DNA from: Phallusia mammillata
Taxonomy: Eukaryota
Direction of reading: 5' to 3'
Assembly: GCA_965637545.1 (NCBI GenBank)
Contig: OZ281499.1
Coordinates: 21,142,001 to 21,206,000 of the forward strand
Length of the DNA: 64,000 nt
The translations under genes and the position numbers were made by a program. Under the pieces are notes generated by a model that made no database searches, was not told the origin of the DNA, and saw nothing but the letters and a program-made list of their open reading frames with translations. This document shows, one piece after another, positions 44,801-60,500 of the stretch. Each line of letters begins with the position of its first letter. The first letter of the stretch is position 1.

Positions 44801-47800
44801 TTATTGTAAATAAATCATTTTAAAAGCTCCTAAAAATTCCATTGGTCGATTCGAGATGCAATAATTTTCACTGTACTTCAGCGTTTAGCGACCCGTTCCT
44901 GTTACCGGCCGATAATTCAAGTCCCTCCTTAACCTACAAACTTATTCTCACACATTAGGAGCTCAATACACAACATACCATGTATTGCGGGTTACACGGG
45001 TCGATGTGAAGTCAACAGGCTGTTCAGATTTGCTGACGTACCGCGCTACGTCAATCACCTACTTGTAACATGGTTTTGCATTTTTAATCGTAATGTGGCC
45101 TGATAAATTTGCACACATGGTTCGTTGCAGCCAACCCAGTTTTTCTGCAGGCGTTTTTGACCTAAAATGTGTCACTAATACGCCGATACTTGAACCCAAG
45201 AAATGAATATGTCGTGATAGCTGGTTGTTATGAATGCTTCGGGGCTGATCCACTTTATGAATGTATATGTTCATATGTTCACCTTAGGTTTAACGCAAAT
45301 TTCACAAAAAAACTACAAATATTGTTGTGGCTACAAGCACCACAATGCGAGGTAAAAATGACTTTTAAGTAATCACAACTTTTTAGCCATCACTTGTCGA
45401 ACAGAAATACCCAACATTCTCAACTACATGACAAATTACTATTAATACGTTTACATATACGTTGGGTTTTTTCAGAGGTGTGTAAAAAAAATACTGCTCC
45501 CCCTTTTCTTTACAAAACAATGTAATAAATTATATTCTAAATTCCCTTCACGATAACGCTTTTATTGCTATGTCACCGAATTTGGCAATTCATCAACCAA
45601 GCACCCAATTCACACTGTTTGTTATTTTAAGCTTAAGAATACTTTTGGCAACCTTCTAACCTTAACTCCTTACGAAGCTTTTCAATCAAACCGATTGCCA
45701 GCGCAGTGTTTCCGGATCACAAAAATCACAAAGGGACTTTACACAATACAGCAGACATTTTTTTATTTCCTTAAACAATCAATTTTAGTGTTCCAAGCAC
45801 ACTGACCCCGTCGAACTTTCCCTTTGTGACCAACAATGCCCTATGCCCCCCTCACGAGCCCCAGCTTAGCCTCGCTTTGACATCTTAAGGGTTCGTTTCC
45901 TGTTTCGTTTGCCAATGTCACGGGCAAGGGCGCCGCGTGGATTGTGACGTCATAATAGCCCCCAGGTGCCGGCATTTTAGTCCCGGTACAGCCTTCGACT
46001 ATAGGTGGTAAAAGCACGCGAGAGCCTTTAAAAATATAAATTGTTTAACTGCCTGAGCAGTAAAACTTGAATTAGTTTACTTATCTCAAGTCAACAACGT
46101 TATATACTAGTGCTTCATCACACTTTATTTATTGCCCTTTTATTGGTTTCAATTTATGCCGATTTTTTGTTTTAGAATTCGCATATTAGTGAGTCATATT
46201 TTCCACGAGCAAAAAAACTAAAACGCAATTAGATGCTCGATCAAAAATACAACCGCATGTATTAGGTAAAAACTTTTCACCAATCGTGTTTCATCAATGC
46301 AAAACGAGAATCAATTTGTTCGTTTTGTGTTTCTGTCGCCTACAATATATTATTAGACACCCAGTTTTTCTGGACCAATTGTCTATTTTGAGAAATTGCA
46401 TTTTGTTTGGCAAGCATTTGACTAAAAGTTCAGTGTTCGGTCGTGCACAAAACATCGCAACCCAATTGTAACCGCAAGTTTTAAGCATTGAAGCTATCCG
46501 GTTACTTATGGGTCATTGTTACCCAGGGGGATTCCCCAGGCCCCGTCCGCCCCCTTTGTCCCTCAACAGCGATCCGCAATTAATTGTCACCCGATCGGGT
46601 TTTTAATCGGGTCGCGTGTGTGGGGTAGAATTTTATATAACCGATCTCGAAATGCACTTGAGAAGTTGGACAATGGGGGTCGTAAAGTAGCAAAGTCCTT
46701 CAAATGTCTGTGTTCGTGATATGAGCCGGGTGCTGTGCCAAAGTGTTTTGTGTAACTCGATATTTAAGGTTGCGCTTATAATCCCATTACTTAGGGAGAA
46801 GGGAGATTATAGAGGCAACAGATAATAAAATCACATCAATCAACAAATGCATGTTTAAAGTTATACAGTTTACCTGTTTTATTGTAAAAAGATATGCAAA
46901 GTCCACACAAACCGTTTTGGCAATGCTTTTACGAGGTTTGTACTGTTATTTGCTGCACTTTGTTTCAAATGAACTCTATTACTCTGTTGAAAACAGCTAT
47001 CTCGCCTCACTTCTGTACGGTTGTAGCAAATGCCAATAGTTTGTTTGACAACCTGCATTAAATTTGCATCCAAACTGTATTGTATATTGGAAACGCCACA
47101 AGTTTATATTTGTTGTTGTTTAGTCGATCATATTCATTCGTGACAAGAATTCAAGGAACCAGGAGATATCCGGATATATAGATTACGCTCATCGACTCAA
47201 AACCGAAGACTTCGATCCTTATTTTTCAGGAAAGAAACGTCTCCTACCCAGGCCATCCGACCTCAGGTTTTTATTTTATCGTTACAAAGAGTATGATACA
47301 CCCAGCTAGCACACTAGGGTGTTACATAGTTTTCGAATCGATCTTTTTAATTCAGGTTCGGGTTTAAGCTAGTTTGGGGCCCCCTTTTCAATAAAACGGG
47401 CTTGATTCGACCCTAAATCATTTCGTTCGTAATTTTGACCTTGGAAAACTAAGCGCTTGTTTAAAAAAAAGTCGAGTTCGGGCGCTAATTTCAGGCCAGC
47501 TTGCAACTCTCGGTCGTAACACGAAAGCTTTTGTACTCTTAGCTTGCTATCACTTATATTGTGCCTGTGTCGCTATAATAAGTCCGCTGTAATACAACCG
47601 ATGCTCACTGGTTGTAAACAACTGTTTTTTGGACTATAGTCATATCCATGCACTTACGTTGAATTCATGTTGTGGCAGTTTTTACAACTGGGAAACCCAG
47701 ACTTCAACATCCAACCCGACTCCAAATTACCAAGTAATTGCCGAAAACGCTTCAGGACTTCTCTTCAAAAACAAAAGAGACAGAAAGATTCTGAACGTCG

Positions 47801-48380
47801 ACCCCAAGGTGAAGTTGTTTTTTATTGAACTACAGCTTGTTATAATGACTTTGTGGTTGTGGTTTCTGGCCATATGCGACGGTTTGAGCATATTATGCGT
47901 AGCAATGTTTGTATGTACAAACATGTTCGTTTGTTTTTAACTTTAAAAAGAAGTACTTGAGACTCAAAGTAGGTTATTGTCATCAAAAATGTAGCTTTGT
48001 AAGGAACGCTGTCGTAAACTATGCAAACTTTAGTGATGCAGTCATCTAATGTTATGTCAATCCTCATTTCATTAAACGACTGTTTGAAACCTAGCGTACA
48101 AACATAGCTTGTTTGTTCAAGGGAAAAACCTATATTTTTCCGTGTGTGAATGCTTGGGAAACCGCCTTGATTTGGCATAACGACTACAATAGGCCTGACA
48201 TACTATAATTTATATTTTGCTTTGATTGAATTTTATGTTTTGTACAAATTACCAGAACACAACTATTTTATTTCACGACAGGCCACCACACCAGGCGACA
48301 ACTCGACCCGAACACCGATCGATACCGACCAGTACGTACAGGTGGTTATATACGATCACATTACAAGAAGAAAAACCTAA
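32886..48380 (+). CDS. CFAP299: Cilia- and flagella-associated protein 299 (C4orf22); 233 aa, 6 exons, with introns of 10.5 kb and 2.7 kb
   Basis: Exons 32886-32993, 33696-33826, 44350-44440, 47124-47266, 47679-47808, 48282-48380; GT-AG, phases consistent, 702 nt. Translation includes [102 protein letters not shown] and YDHITRRKT*, which match human C4orf22 as recalled. Confidence 0.96.
33896..33915. repeat. (TA)10 microsatellite
   Basis: Read directly; start of CFAP299 intron 2. Confidence 0.9.
40392..40443. repeat. Perfect 26-bp tandem duplication (GTAAATTGACACGCATAGTTAGCTTA x2)
   Basis: Read directly; inside CFAP299 intron 2. Confidence 0.9.
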
Positions 48381-48546
48381 TTGCTACAATAGAGTCTTCC
48401 TCTATCTTGTTCGTCTTGCGCTGTATCTTGTGTCGTGAATGTAATCGTCTTCTCTACATGTTACAAATAAAAGTACATTTATGATTACGACGGTGCACAT
48501 GCGATTTTGTATCAATTGTCAAATCTTGCAATAAATGGTACAGTAT

Positions 48547-48595
48547 CTGCAGGTATTAAGGCCCAACAAAAAATATTCCTTGCAACTAAAAAACT
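48547..48595 (+). repeat. Short dispersed-repeat fragment with a second copy at about 63497-63547
   Basis: CTGCAGGTATTAAGGCCC...CAACTAAAAAACT versus CTGCAGGTATCAAGGCCT...CAACTAAACAAACT. Confidence 0.4.
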
Positions 48596-51500
48596 GTCAT
48601 ACAGAACGAATGTTATTTCGTCGCTATACGAAAATTATAAAGTTTAAACCCTATGCAGCATCAACTTTTGGACAATAGTTGTTTAAACAGCTTGGTAAAT
48701 TTTAACCGCTTAAAATAAAAGGCTTTCAAACTGTGGCAAGTTTACGAAACTGTTGCTATATTTTCACTAAAGCTCTCAGGAAAATAAACGAGACACTGCC
48801 CTCGACACACCCCCAAGTTTAAACCAATTACGTGATGCGAAAGTGAACTCACGTAACAACATGAGGCTATCACAGCGCGTCTATAATTAGCCGACCGATC
48901 CCGTTTTAATCGCTTTATTCACTTCAATGAGCATTCACAACAAATCCAAGATATCGTTTGTTATGAAGCCACTAATTTTTCATCAGTGCCTTTTTAAAAG
49001 GGCGTGGAAAACTCGAAATTAATTTTGGTTTTTAAGCGCTGCTAAAGTTGCCATAATTATGACGTTTCGTCAGCACGATTTGCCAGCGTTCAATGCATTG
49101 CGTGCTACTGGTTAAGTAACCAACACATTACCCACCCATTCGGCTACAAAAGATCAATTTGTTTTTAAATAAGCGCCGAATGATCGATTTCAAAAGTTTC
49201 CAAGACTTTAGCGTTTCGTCGCGCAAGACTTGAAAAGGATCCGACATTCAAAAATATCCAGAATGATATTTTCGGTATTTCCGTTGCGACCCAAATTTCA
49301 AAGTGCCAACAATGGTGTTGACAGGTGCCATGTTGTGTCACTGTGACATTGCTGACATGTTCCTAACCTGTCACGCCCATCGGCCGCTGCCACGCCTGCC
49401 GTTAACATTCCACAACATCAGTGATCTATTAAATATGTCTCCCGTTTAAGCTTTAAGTACGCGATTATAGGATGGTAAAACACAATAGAAATAGAAAACA
49501 CAAAACAACGCCTTCCAAAGACAACTCCAACATTTCCAATAATATTTAAAAGTACAAGATGTGTCTGGTTGAATAAGTTCCATTACTAGTTACGTAATGC
49601 TAAAGGTAAATTTGGTCAAAGCAAAGGTGGCGAAATTTGTAACACATTTAGACTAAAGTTTCTTAATTCCGAGGGCCAACATGCCGCGAAATAATATTTT
49701 TGTTAGTCTACGACCACAGCACGAAACAAAATCATTTTTAATACCATTTTTCTTTATTTTGATTCAGGACTCGTCAGTAGTTGCTAAGCCCCAAATAGCC
49801 CTAAACCTGAAAAGGTCGACGAAAAATACAATTCGCAACAAGTCCTGCTGCGGCCTGTTGATCCGTTTTCGTATAATAACGGGTACAAGGGTTTGGTAGA
49901 GGTGGGCTATTTGTTGAACTATCGACAAGTTTGTGAAATATTTGGGACTTCCATTCGTTGCACGCCCCATCAACAGCCACGTGATGAATCTGCCCCCAAA
50001 AGTCCAACCCCACAACCCCCAACAATGTTGTGACATCTGATCGTGCAAAACAAACACATCGGCGCGAGCCACGGATTATCGAACACGCTTATCCTTGTAC
50101 GTAATTGTGCAACCCTAAAACTCCCGTCTACCCCCTGGTAACCCATGCACCGCTTGGCACACGCTTGTCAATTTTTACTGACATTTGCAAGTCCTAATCC
50201 GTGCACATTTTGGGGCCAATTGCCGGTTGTGGCCCCAAGGACCCCTGCTATGTTTTGGGTTTCAAAATTTAGGCAAATTCAGCATGTTTGTGACGTCAAT
50301 GCCTTCTCGTTTGTCTCGCGTTGAGCAACAGAAAGTTTGAGAGTTTAAAATTTGTGTTTACGACTAAGATACCTGAACTGTTTGTCCACAGTTTGTATGG
50401 GATATTGATGACACGTTTCGTAATATTGATGTCTCTGGGTCATTGCATTTTTAAAAAGGAAAGGCTTAAAACAAATGTTTTCGTACCTAAAAATTTCATC
50501 AAATGCAATGCACACTTTAATAGCCTAATTGCAGACTTAGCGAATTTAACCAGATTAGCCAACATTATTTGGGAAACAGAGATTTTGCAATTTCTTCGCC
50601 AGACGATACAGATCGGGCAAAACACTTTCCCATGAAACAGACAAAGTGAGCGAAACTTGCTTTTTCGCTTGAAAGGAAAACAATTACACGTCGCTTTTCA
50701 AATCATACAACTGTGATGCAACTCGGAACAACGTACAATGCAAACGAACTGGAGGGAATCAAGCTAATGACATCACAACCGGACCCCCTTTCCAACTGGC
50801 AGAACATCCGGTGTGAGTGGGGGTAGAAAACAGGGGTTAGTGGGGCGTGCAGAAATGAAAGTGCTTCTATGTCCTGCCCAGCTGGGTCTGGGTGAGTTGG
50901 GGCGTTTAGGGACTTCCGCGGTTGCTATACGTCATGGGGGCCTTGGGGATTTCCCAAGAAAAACAAGCACACTGACTTATGGTGCGGCAAACTTGTGGCT
51001 GATGGCATGTAAATAGTACAAGGTATTTTGGGAGACCTGATTCCTACCTTATGGCACGTAGACACTTGGTTTTGTTCAAAAGAATGTGAGCAAACTTGTT
51101 TTAATGTGAAAACATATTGCGAAGAAATATTTGCCAAATACCGGTAACCAAACACCGTCCGATCATCGGATCGTCGTGTAACCAACCCTGCGCGAATCCA
51201 TTGTCAGGTTGCACCTGTTTGCGAGATAAATTCGTGAGAATATTAATAAAGGCCAATTCGAATTTTGCCGGAGACTGTTTTCCGTTTGTCAATCTCGACG
51301 TTATGAGATATACAGAGCGGCCATCGCCGGGTATTGGCCAAAGAACCCGATTCCGGGCCAACTTGGACCACCCAGGCCCGACCCCCCGCGAATGTAGCAT
51401 CACCTGGTCATGACGTCACGACGTATTGTGTTTGTTTACGTCAGAGAGCGCGCGCGTTTAATCAAATTGCCAGCGACGGGCAATCAGCGCGAAGTGGCCC

Positions 51501-54500
51501 ACCTATGCCGAAGTTTAAACCAACATCAGGTTTTGGCGAGATGTTATAGGGAGATAAGCGACTCGATGAATCTTCATGGGATTTGGGTGCGGAATAGGCG
51601 AAATGCATTTGTTAAGCCCTGTTTCCATGTTGCGTTTTGAATAAGTTTCCACATATTCTTTTCCATTTTTCTTCTTCTATTCTATTTTCTTTACCTAGGG
51701 CTTATCGTTTACCAAGTGCAAACTAAACAAAGCAGAAGTTGACATGAAACACCTCTATGACGCCACAATTGTAAGATAGGGAGCAAGTGGGACGGCAGTG
51801 GGAGGGCAGTGTCATTAAAGCAATCTTGACCGGATGCCTTAAGTTTTTACAGCAATTCCTTATTTGTTAAACGAAATATTATCTGGGATTTAAAGTCTTT
51901 CCTGTTCTGACCACTACATAGGGGTCTCTATGGGTGAAAACGGGGGCTCGAGGAACCCCTACTGTGATGACCCACGGAGATCCGGTGACCCTGACCAACT
52001 AAAACAACAAGTTAATCTTTGAGATTTTGTTTCACTCACTTCACTTACTTTACCGGGTTTTCGTTTTGTTAGCTGCTCCCCTGCCAAAGAACGAAACACT
52101 AAAGATATTTTGTGTTAAAGTTTCTTCTGCGATCTGCTTTAAGTTGGGTTTGGTTTAGCGCTGCAATTATCGCATGGTTTTGCCAGCTGTTGTAGCTTGG
52201 AATTTCAAAGGTCGGAGCTAAGATTCGTGGTCTGCCTTTTCACGTTTCTTGGTAAGGATTTAAATATTTTTGAAACTTCTATTTAACAACAAAAATGCTG
52301 AACTACACAGACCGAAGCAGCAATTAAATGTTTTTGCTGTAAATTTTGATTGTAACGTCAGAGATCAGGGTCAAAAACAAAGTTGCATTGCAAATGATAA
52401 TCATATAATTTCCTCATGAACCGAAATAAATGTTAAAATTTCTTAGGCATGAAAAACATTTGTTTATCTCCAAAATATTATTAGGTCATCTCAAAAATAG
52501 CGACACATGGCAACGTCATTCATCATTCCCTAAATCTTTCATGCCCTCACGTTGTAAATGTAGGATGACACATAGTTATTATATACGACCAAACATGTAA
52601 TCTTTCAAACTCAGATTTCACATATTGAAAACCGGGTTCAAAATTCCAGATTCGAAAATCGTCATCCAATCAGCACGAATCGAATCGATCACGTGTTTAG
52701 AAAAGGAAATTCTGGGAAAAATCGCAAAACTTGTCAGAAAAATGCGGGAACAAAACATTTTTTATTGCCCTCCGTCGACAGATTGGGGAGCGCGGTGGGT
52801 TTGCGGTGACGATAGACCAATAACGTGCCTGCACGCGTCATCATTCGTCAGCACACGTGACTTAATCGGGATTAAGAGATCAAAAGCTTCATCCTGTTGT
52901 GCAATGAACCGTGACAAAGCGCGCACACGGAGCTTGTGAGATCATAACAATGGGATTTGGAAGACAATGTACGTTTCATCACGTGGTTGGAGTGCTTCCG
53001 GGTGGAGATAAAAAATGACGTTGATCTTAAGATCTGCTGCTATGATTGATTGTACAACAAAAATAAGGAGAACTGTGTCTACGAAGGTCGTTTTTTGCAT
53101 GAAAATCGTGACTGACTGTGTAGATGCTTTATGTGAAATAGCTTATCACCCTGATTTTCTAAAAAAAAACTTGGAATATCTTTTTCATCGGTAGTATTAA
53201 ATACCGCATGTTGGAAGTGGCAAATAGACTTGAAAATGCTTTTGCAAAAAATATAATATTGCGGACTTTTGAAAACGCTGACGGTTAAATTCGGGTTGGG
53301 TGAGGGTTTGTAATTAAAACAACAACACTAGAATAAGGTCTAATTTACCCTTGCCGGGGCTTGTGTTCGAACATTCCACACACCGTGTGTTATTTAGTAC
53401 CACCATTTTTTACTAACAGCTTTTGCTGCGTTTAAAACTGTTGCTGTCAGGCATAATATGAACCTGACATAGCATTTTTCATGTTGTCGTGCCCTTTCAG
53501 TGACAAGAAGATGACCATGGGTTGTTTTATGCCTGATTACTTCAATAAACATTGTACAAAAGATTTCTATCAATCCATGGAATGCAGAGATGTTAATAAA
53601 CCGGACTGAAGAGGGTGAACTCCGTTCAATACATTGGGACGTGCTTTATAGCTCTCTGAACTATGGATACAGCTGTTGTTAAGGTCCAGGAAACGGCGGG
53701 CAGACGTTTTCAGCCATTATCGTTCCATCATAGCCTGGGCAGTAAAATTATTACGGCATAGGCCCGTTGAAGCTGAAATCGAATTACGTGAGCAGCTGAA
53801 CACACAGAAATAAGTTGTGATGACTCTAGTGGATTAAACATTGTGACAGACCAACTGGGAATTCGTTTCCAACCGCACGTTACTGTATTTACTCCCAATA
53901 ACTGCTTTCCACATAAAGCTGGCATTCTTCAGTTTCTCCCAATTCCAATTTACAAAATAACTCTTTACGGCGTCCTTTAAACTTCCTCCACAGCTGTTAA
54001 GAGTGAATGTGAGGAAATGAGTTTGCATATAAAACGGAGGTAAATAGCTAGCAGGGCAACAAACAACCATAGTCGGAACAGGAAAGCAAAACACACACGA
54101 CAATCATACCAACAAACCAAACTGCATACACACACAATCGTAAATCGGTACTATCCCAACCGTACACCAAACCAATATGTTGTTATTGAATACAACTACA
54201 ATAACAATAAAAGTATATTTTTGGGACAATCGAAAAAGAAAAAAGGCGCTAAAAGATGTTACTTGCCGTTTTCATGTAGTATTAAGTTTTAACAACCCCA
54301 TTACATAATCTTTTTCGCGCTGGTTTTGACAAATACCGGCTCAAACCTTCCGACATTGTGCCCTTGACATAAGACACCCCATACCATTCATTCACATGCA
54401 TTAGGGCGGCTAATACTAGCGGTTTCAGGTGGCTTGCTGTGTGATGCAGGGATGCCTTTAATGGCACCCACTTGTTATGTGCATAAATAGGAGCATTTGT

Positions 54501-57500
54501 GGTAATTTCGTGCTGTCCAGGTGTGCATGTGTCACCTTCTGACGTTTTTTCACCCCTCTACCAATTTGGCGATGAAGGCCTGAAATTAGCTCCACTGACA
54601 TTTCGAAACGGACGACTTTCAGTTTACGATGCACGGTGCCTTTTTGCGCAGTCTTGGTTTGGTAAAATAACATTCATCCGTTGAGGATACACGCAAGACA
54701 AGATGCTATTTCGGGTTTGTAAAAGGTGATGTAATGAAAACACCAGCGCAGTAGTTTCAATACAATGAAACGCACCCCAGAAGAGCATCTGAATGTGTTT
54801 TTTTTAGAATCATGTAAACTATTTCATAAAAGGGTATGATTATCTTAGACTTATAGGTGGACAAAAATCGTAAATGTCTGTTTTGGTATATATAAGGCCA
54901 TTATTATCGGTGACGCATTTTTTGAATTTGGTTGAACAAACGTAAAGTCAGATATTATGTTCCATTTTATGGTTAAAAAACTAATTTTACATTTGATTGT
55001 AAAAATGTTGGGCAATCGCAAATATATACATAAAAATATACAACAACATTGCACAATACCGGGGAATTATTGCGCAATCGGCATTTTGCAAAGCTTTACT
55101 TTGGACAGGGGCGACAGCAGCAATGTAGCGCCGCAAACTCGGCACAGTTAATGACTTCAATACAACATATCTTAGCCATATGCTGGTGCAGCGTATGAAA
55201 TCGTACGGCGCGTTTAGCAAGCTGGTCTTTCGGGCTCACGTATTTGCCCAGCTGCTTAAATCGTCGAAAACAAATAAAACATCAGGTGCGTCAAACAATC
55301 TTTCACCAACATATGGAGGCTTCAATACTGAGCTGGGTATTAGGGGCGGTCAGTTGCAGGACCGGAAAGAGTTTATGTGGTTGTGGAATCGCATTATGAG
55401 ACTTTATCTTCAATTTTGCCCAAAGTGGACACCTCCGTCTAACTTCGATTGTTGCTGGTTCCCCTGGTAACAGTTGTGAAGAAGGTTTTGGGTTACTAAC
55501 AGTCAACACAATATTGTTGTTTAAATATAATATAATTTGTATAAAATTACATCAAAGGTAACACTAAAAAGGAAAACAAAGGGAGCACTAAATCTACACA
55601 TATCATCACTCTTGTATTCAAATAGAAAATATATAAGAATTACGTCAAAGGTGTTTTTAACAGCCCGATTAGGAGTCGATTAAATTACTTTTTTCGGGGC
55701 AATAAAACTCAAAAACAAAATGGAACTTCTTTCTTTTTCAATTTGGTATCAACCGCTAAGCCACAGATGTCACAAGAAAAATCTTTTGAAGGTATGACTG
55801 ACACGAAAGCGTATGCTTTGGAAATACAATTTTCCCTTTCGTCAGAAAACCTTAACCACAAACTACCAGTAATCGACCACAAATGTATTGCACAAAGGGG
55901 CATTGACATTTCACACAGAAGCCAAAGTTGCACTGCGACCAAGATTGTGGTGATGGATTTTCGCTTTTCACATCTGACTGGAACAGGACAAAGGGCCTTT
56001 TGACGAAACTCGGTCCTTGCGATTCTGAATGAACAAGTGCATTAAGCAGTGCGACTTCATTACACAGCTCTGTGCACATTCCTATGCCTGCCGAATAGGA
56101 CCCCATCGGTATATGGGCAAACAAACACTGTGCGTTCGCACAACGGCAAATGATTAATGAACGAACCACATAATGGCATAAATCAGAGTTGTGATGTCTT
56201 TACTGAGATAGCCAACCTGAAGTCCGGGTCGCTTGTCCAGTTAAATAATTTTAGTGCAATATTTTACTGCAATGAAAATATAGCATCAGTTTTCTTGCCA
56301 TAGATTGAGAAATATGCTCTTTCACTTGGTATTTGTGTTGACAAAGTGGCAGGCAGTTTCGCTTTCATAAAGGTTTTAATGGCTCTTCTATATTTAAGTT
56401 GGCATTGCAATGAAATTAAATGGGGTTTGTCAGGTTAGTACAGAAATAAAGTCGTCAGCTTTTTAACATACCAACAGTACGGCGAGGAAGGTATATATTT
56501 AGTTGTTGATTGCGTTTACCAGCTGAATACAAGGTTACGTCACATTTTTATCACATGACTATTTAGCGAACCGTTGTGAGTCAAAGAGATAAAAAGAAAG
56601 TAGCTGTGAGATATGAGTTCCCGATTTTGAACAAGTGCATTTTGTTTGCATAAAAAGGTTTCATGATTTAATTCGGAATTAGGTGCAAAATGTAAAGAAA
56701 AAAACACATTTATTTCCATTTTTTAATCTTTGTATTTCTACATTTATATTATTATCAATTTACAATTTACATGAATATATTTAAAACATGATTACCGCAA
56801 AGCAAGGCAAACCCAAAACGCTTTTTCAATTTGTTCTGTGCCTCCCTACAAATTAAATTCGGTTTCCCAAAGTTGTAAAAAATCGACAACTTTAAAGATG
56901 TGTATGGCGGGTGAAGCTGAACAAAAGTTTATTTCGATTTTTGAATTAAGCCATAAAATTTTCACTTAAAATCTGTTAACACTTCAAGTCCTGATGTATC
57001 CTCTCCCATATATCCATTTTACCCAGTCTGTCGTTAAAATGTGATAGAGTGAGAAAAAATTGTCTATTACTTGCTCAGAAAGGTACTCGTGTTTAAAAAT
57101 TGTCCACCAAATGTCCAAGTGTGTATATCTACAGCTGTTACGACAAAAAGTTTATTAGGTATGGCGCGAAGACATAATTCCACACTCCTAGATGGAAACC
57201 ACTATAAATTAATTGCTTTTAGTCTTGGGGGTGATCCAAATATTGTCCCCGGTCAAAAAAGATAGTCTAACCACGACTAGAACACGTAAGGAATGTCGGC
57301 AACAGCTGGAGCAATAGAAATCGTAGGTAGAAAGTAAAAAAAAAACTTCAAAGGGGGAGCACACGGTTGGTGATTTATTTGTCATGTGTTGACATTTCTG
57401 TCGGTGGAACGGAGATGAAAGAAGACATGAGACGTGAGAACGGAAAGAAATATGAACAACTGGTTATAATGCGGCTCATATGATATTAAATGATAATGCC

Positions 57501-60500
57501 AGGCATGCTACGATTAGTTTTGACTCCGACGAACAGGTGTGCAACACTAAGCTGTGTTTGTCTTAAGAGTTATATTGGATACGGCACACTAAAAAGGCCA
57601 GTGGCTCTTCAGACGCGCAACGAGAAATATGATTTGGCAACTTTTTGCCGTTTCTCATAGATGTCACATACCTTATGATCGAGACCAAAGTCTGTGGGAA
57701 ACAACCATAAGATTTGTGACGTACGATTCATTACGTAATAGATACGGAGGTTTTACTGGGTTCGGATTATATTAGGTCATGTTTATACGATTTTCTAAAC
57801 CAAAAAATTTTTGGGTAATAATAGAAATTTTGACGCAATTTGGTTCCAACTCTAATAACGCATACAAGCCTATTAGGATTAGTTTTATGTATAATGTCAA
57901 CCATAGTGCTGATAGAAGTGGGAGTTTATTATAAACCTTGGTGGTTTACACAAAATATCAAGTCTGTAGGAAACTGTAGTTGAAAGTTATTACATAAAAC
58001 GTGAATGTCGTCTATTACGACATATGTTTTCGTGGTAAGATGTCTCTCTGTGCATTGAAAGTAGAATAAATAAATTTGGAGTTATTTGCCGTACATTGAT
58101 TTCACATAAGGGTTAGCTTAAATATAAGACTTTTTACCAAATATAAGACTTTTTTACCATGATTTGTTGGCTAGTAAAAGACAATCATATTAAGGTGTTG
58201 ATGCACATTTAAGTCTGCAACAAAACTTTCGAGAGCGAAATTGGAAAAAAGTGGAACAAATTTTGCTTTAAAATTTGAATGAAAGTCATTTCCACAAAAC
58301 CGAAATGTCACTTTCATTTTCCCAACAGTCCTCTGCGCTACTCGTGTAAGTCTAATTGGCGTGCGTATAACCATAAAGCAGGTGTAGCTTCACGAGATAA
58401 TTTGTTGAACAAATACCCTTGAACGGTTGCAAACCTTTTAACGCACGCTTGCACAGAGAGACGCAATCCAATGGTTAACTTAAACTTGCCGGAGATGTTG
58501 CCATTTCCATAGCGTGGGCTAAAAGCCCAGAATTGGGGGGGTTGTGTACACAAACTGTTGGGCTTGTGGTTTTGCCCGCGTAAGCTTCCGGTTAAAGCTC
58601 TGCAAGACTTAAACAAACACTCGCTTGCTTGTGCACACCTGAGAATTGCAGCCTGGACAGGTGTTCGATGCTAATCAACGATCTTGTTTGCTAGGAAACC
58701 AATTAGGCAGCCACTCGTTGGCCAATTAGAGCTCCCCTTATCAGTTTGACGGCGCATCAAAGATTGGACTATCACCGCGTGGCCCAAGAGGCGCTGGGGT
58801 CACCTTCCCAGGTGATCCGGGCTGTTCTTAACCTCAACTTTCTTATCGCATTGCTTTATTCAGGAAACATTATCTGTTCTGTACAAATATTCACTATTTT
58901 TATGTAACTTGAGCAGAACTGAATCCATATTAATATGCTGCCATGATGATTTGTTTAGCTCTATGGTCTGATTTCGGCGATTCTTTGTGAACCAAACAAT
59001 TTTGTTTCGATTCAAGTTAGATAATTTGCACAACTCACTTATTTCCCCAAATGCCATTCCTCCGATCTTTGAAAAACGTCACTACAGCTGTCCTTTCTCA
59101 AAACCTTCGATTTTCGACAACATTTTTGAAGTGTGTCCGCCTTGTTGAAGATAAGAAGGGCGATAATATCGAGATAAGTTGACGCTTATCGCGGCTGCCA
59201 AACTGTGGCCAAGTGGTTCGAAATTCCCCAAAACGCCTCATGAACCTACAAGGCACAAGTACTTCGATTAATTTGTGACAGCGCCATCAAGTTAGGGTGC
59301 GATTGGCGACAGTTGGGTAAACAGCTGATGGCTAAATGATTGTCCTCTCTCAAGCGAGTTGGAAGGGTGACGTGATTGATTTACTTGTGGTTGGCGCAGT
59401 GCCTTTGTCCGCCAAATCCGATTTAGGTCATTACAGGGTTCGTGAGCGTCGCCATTTTGCTTCTGTGCTGCCAACATTGGGTGGGGACCGATAATTGGTG
59501 GCCACGACGCGTCGATTTTAGGAATATAACGGTCAAGCTACATGAGATCGTATGGTGGTAAAGGTTAATTGTCACTCGATTGACCGTTTTAAATAAACTA
59601 ACCTACGTCAATCTGTAACGATATTTTCACAGACTGATAGTGTGACATCACATATGACATCATGGTAACATATAAGTTCCACGTGACGACGAAAAAAGGC
59701 TAATTGATTATTAGGGGTAACAAATTCGCAGGTGCTATTGTTTTTTTTTTCGTAAAAATACACTTTGCTGAAAGTAAGTTAGAGAGAGTATTTGCATCAA
59801 CAAATGGCAGCTATCAAGTTTTATTTGTCTTGTTTTCGAAACGTCCAAACGCGCGCGCCCACCTGTTTGACTTTACACGCGCCATCGCGATTTTGTGGCA
59901 ACATAAAAACCCGACTCGCACAACGAAACCCGCCATTCGTCGTCGACCAGTGGCAGGTGTCGTGTGTCTTACACCGCTGCAACAAAGCAAGATTTCGTGT
60001 ACAAATTTTGTAGTTGACGAAATGGTAAATCAGTCCTGAAGTTTAAGTCGCAATTTAGATGATTTTTATAAGTTGTTTTAGGTAGCTAGGTGGAGTGACA
60101 AATAGTTTAACAGTCTGCATGTTCAAATGTTTTGGACACGTTTTTTACGTGCATTTGTTATTTGGTATTGCAGCTCAAAGGGTGTATTTGAATAACGTTT
60201 GCTTTATATCTGATATTAATGCATGTAGCAACGTTTGAATAACATATCACAAAATTTTGTGGCATTTTCCAAAACACATTTTAACGATTTTACATGGATA
60301 GAACTGCAAGATAACTTGCCAAAGCATGAATTTCCGAAATTGCCAAAAAAAACATTTGTCCAAACAAGTGATTTTTTGCACAGTTTTCAATGCGCTTAAT
60401 TTTTTACCTTTAAAACTCATTAATTTTTGGCACTCATGTTGGTTGAAAGGTAATTTTAGCGCTTCTTGCAATCTTATAAGCTTGTGGTATCCAACCCTAT

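Noticed and set aside
53834-54103. 89-aa minus-strand ORF in the intergenic region
   Set aside because: GTG start, no homology recognised, no supporting exons.
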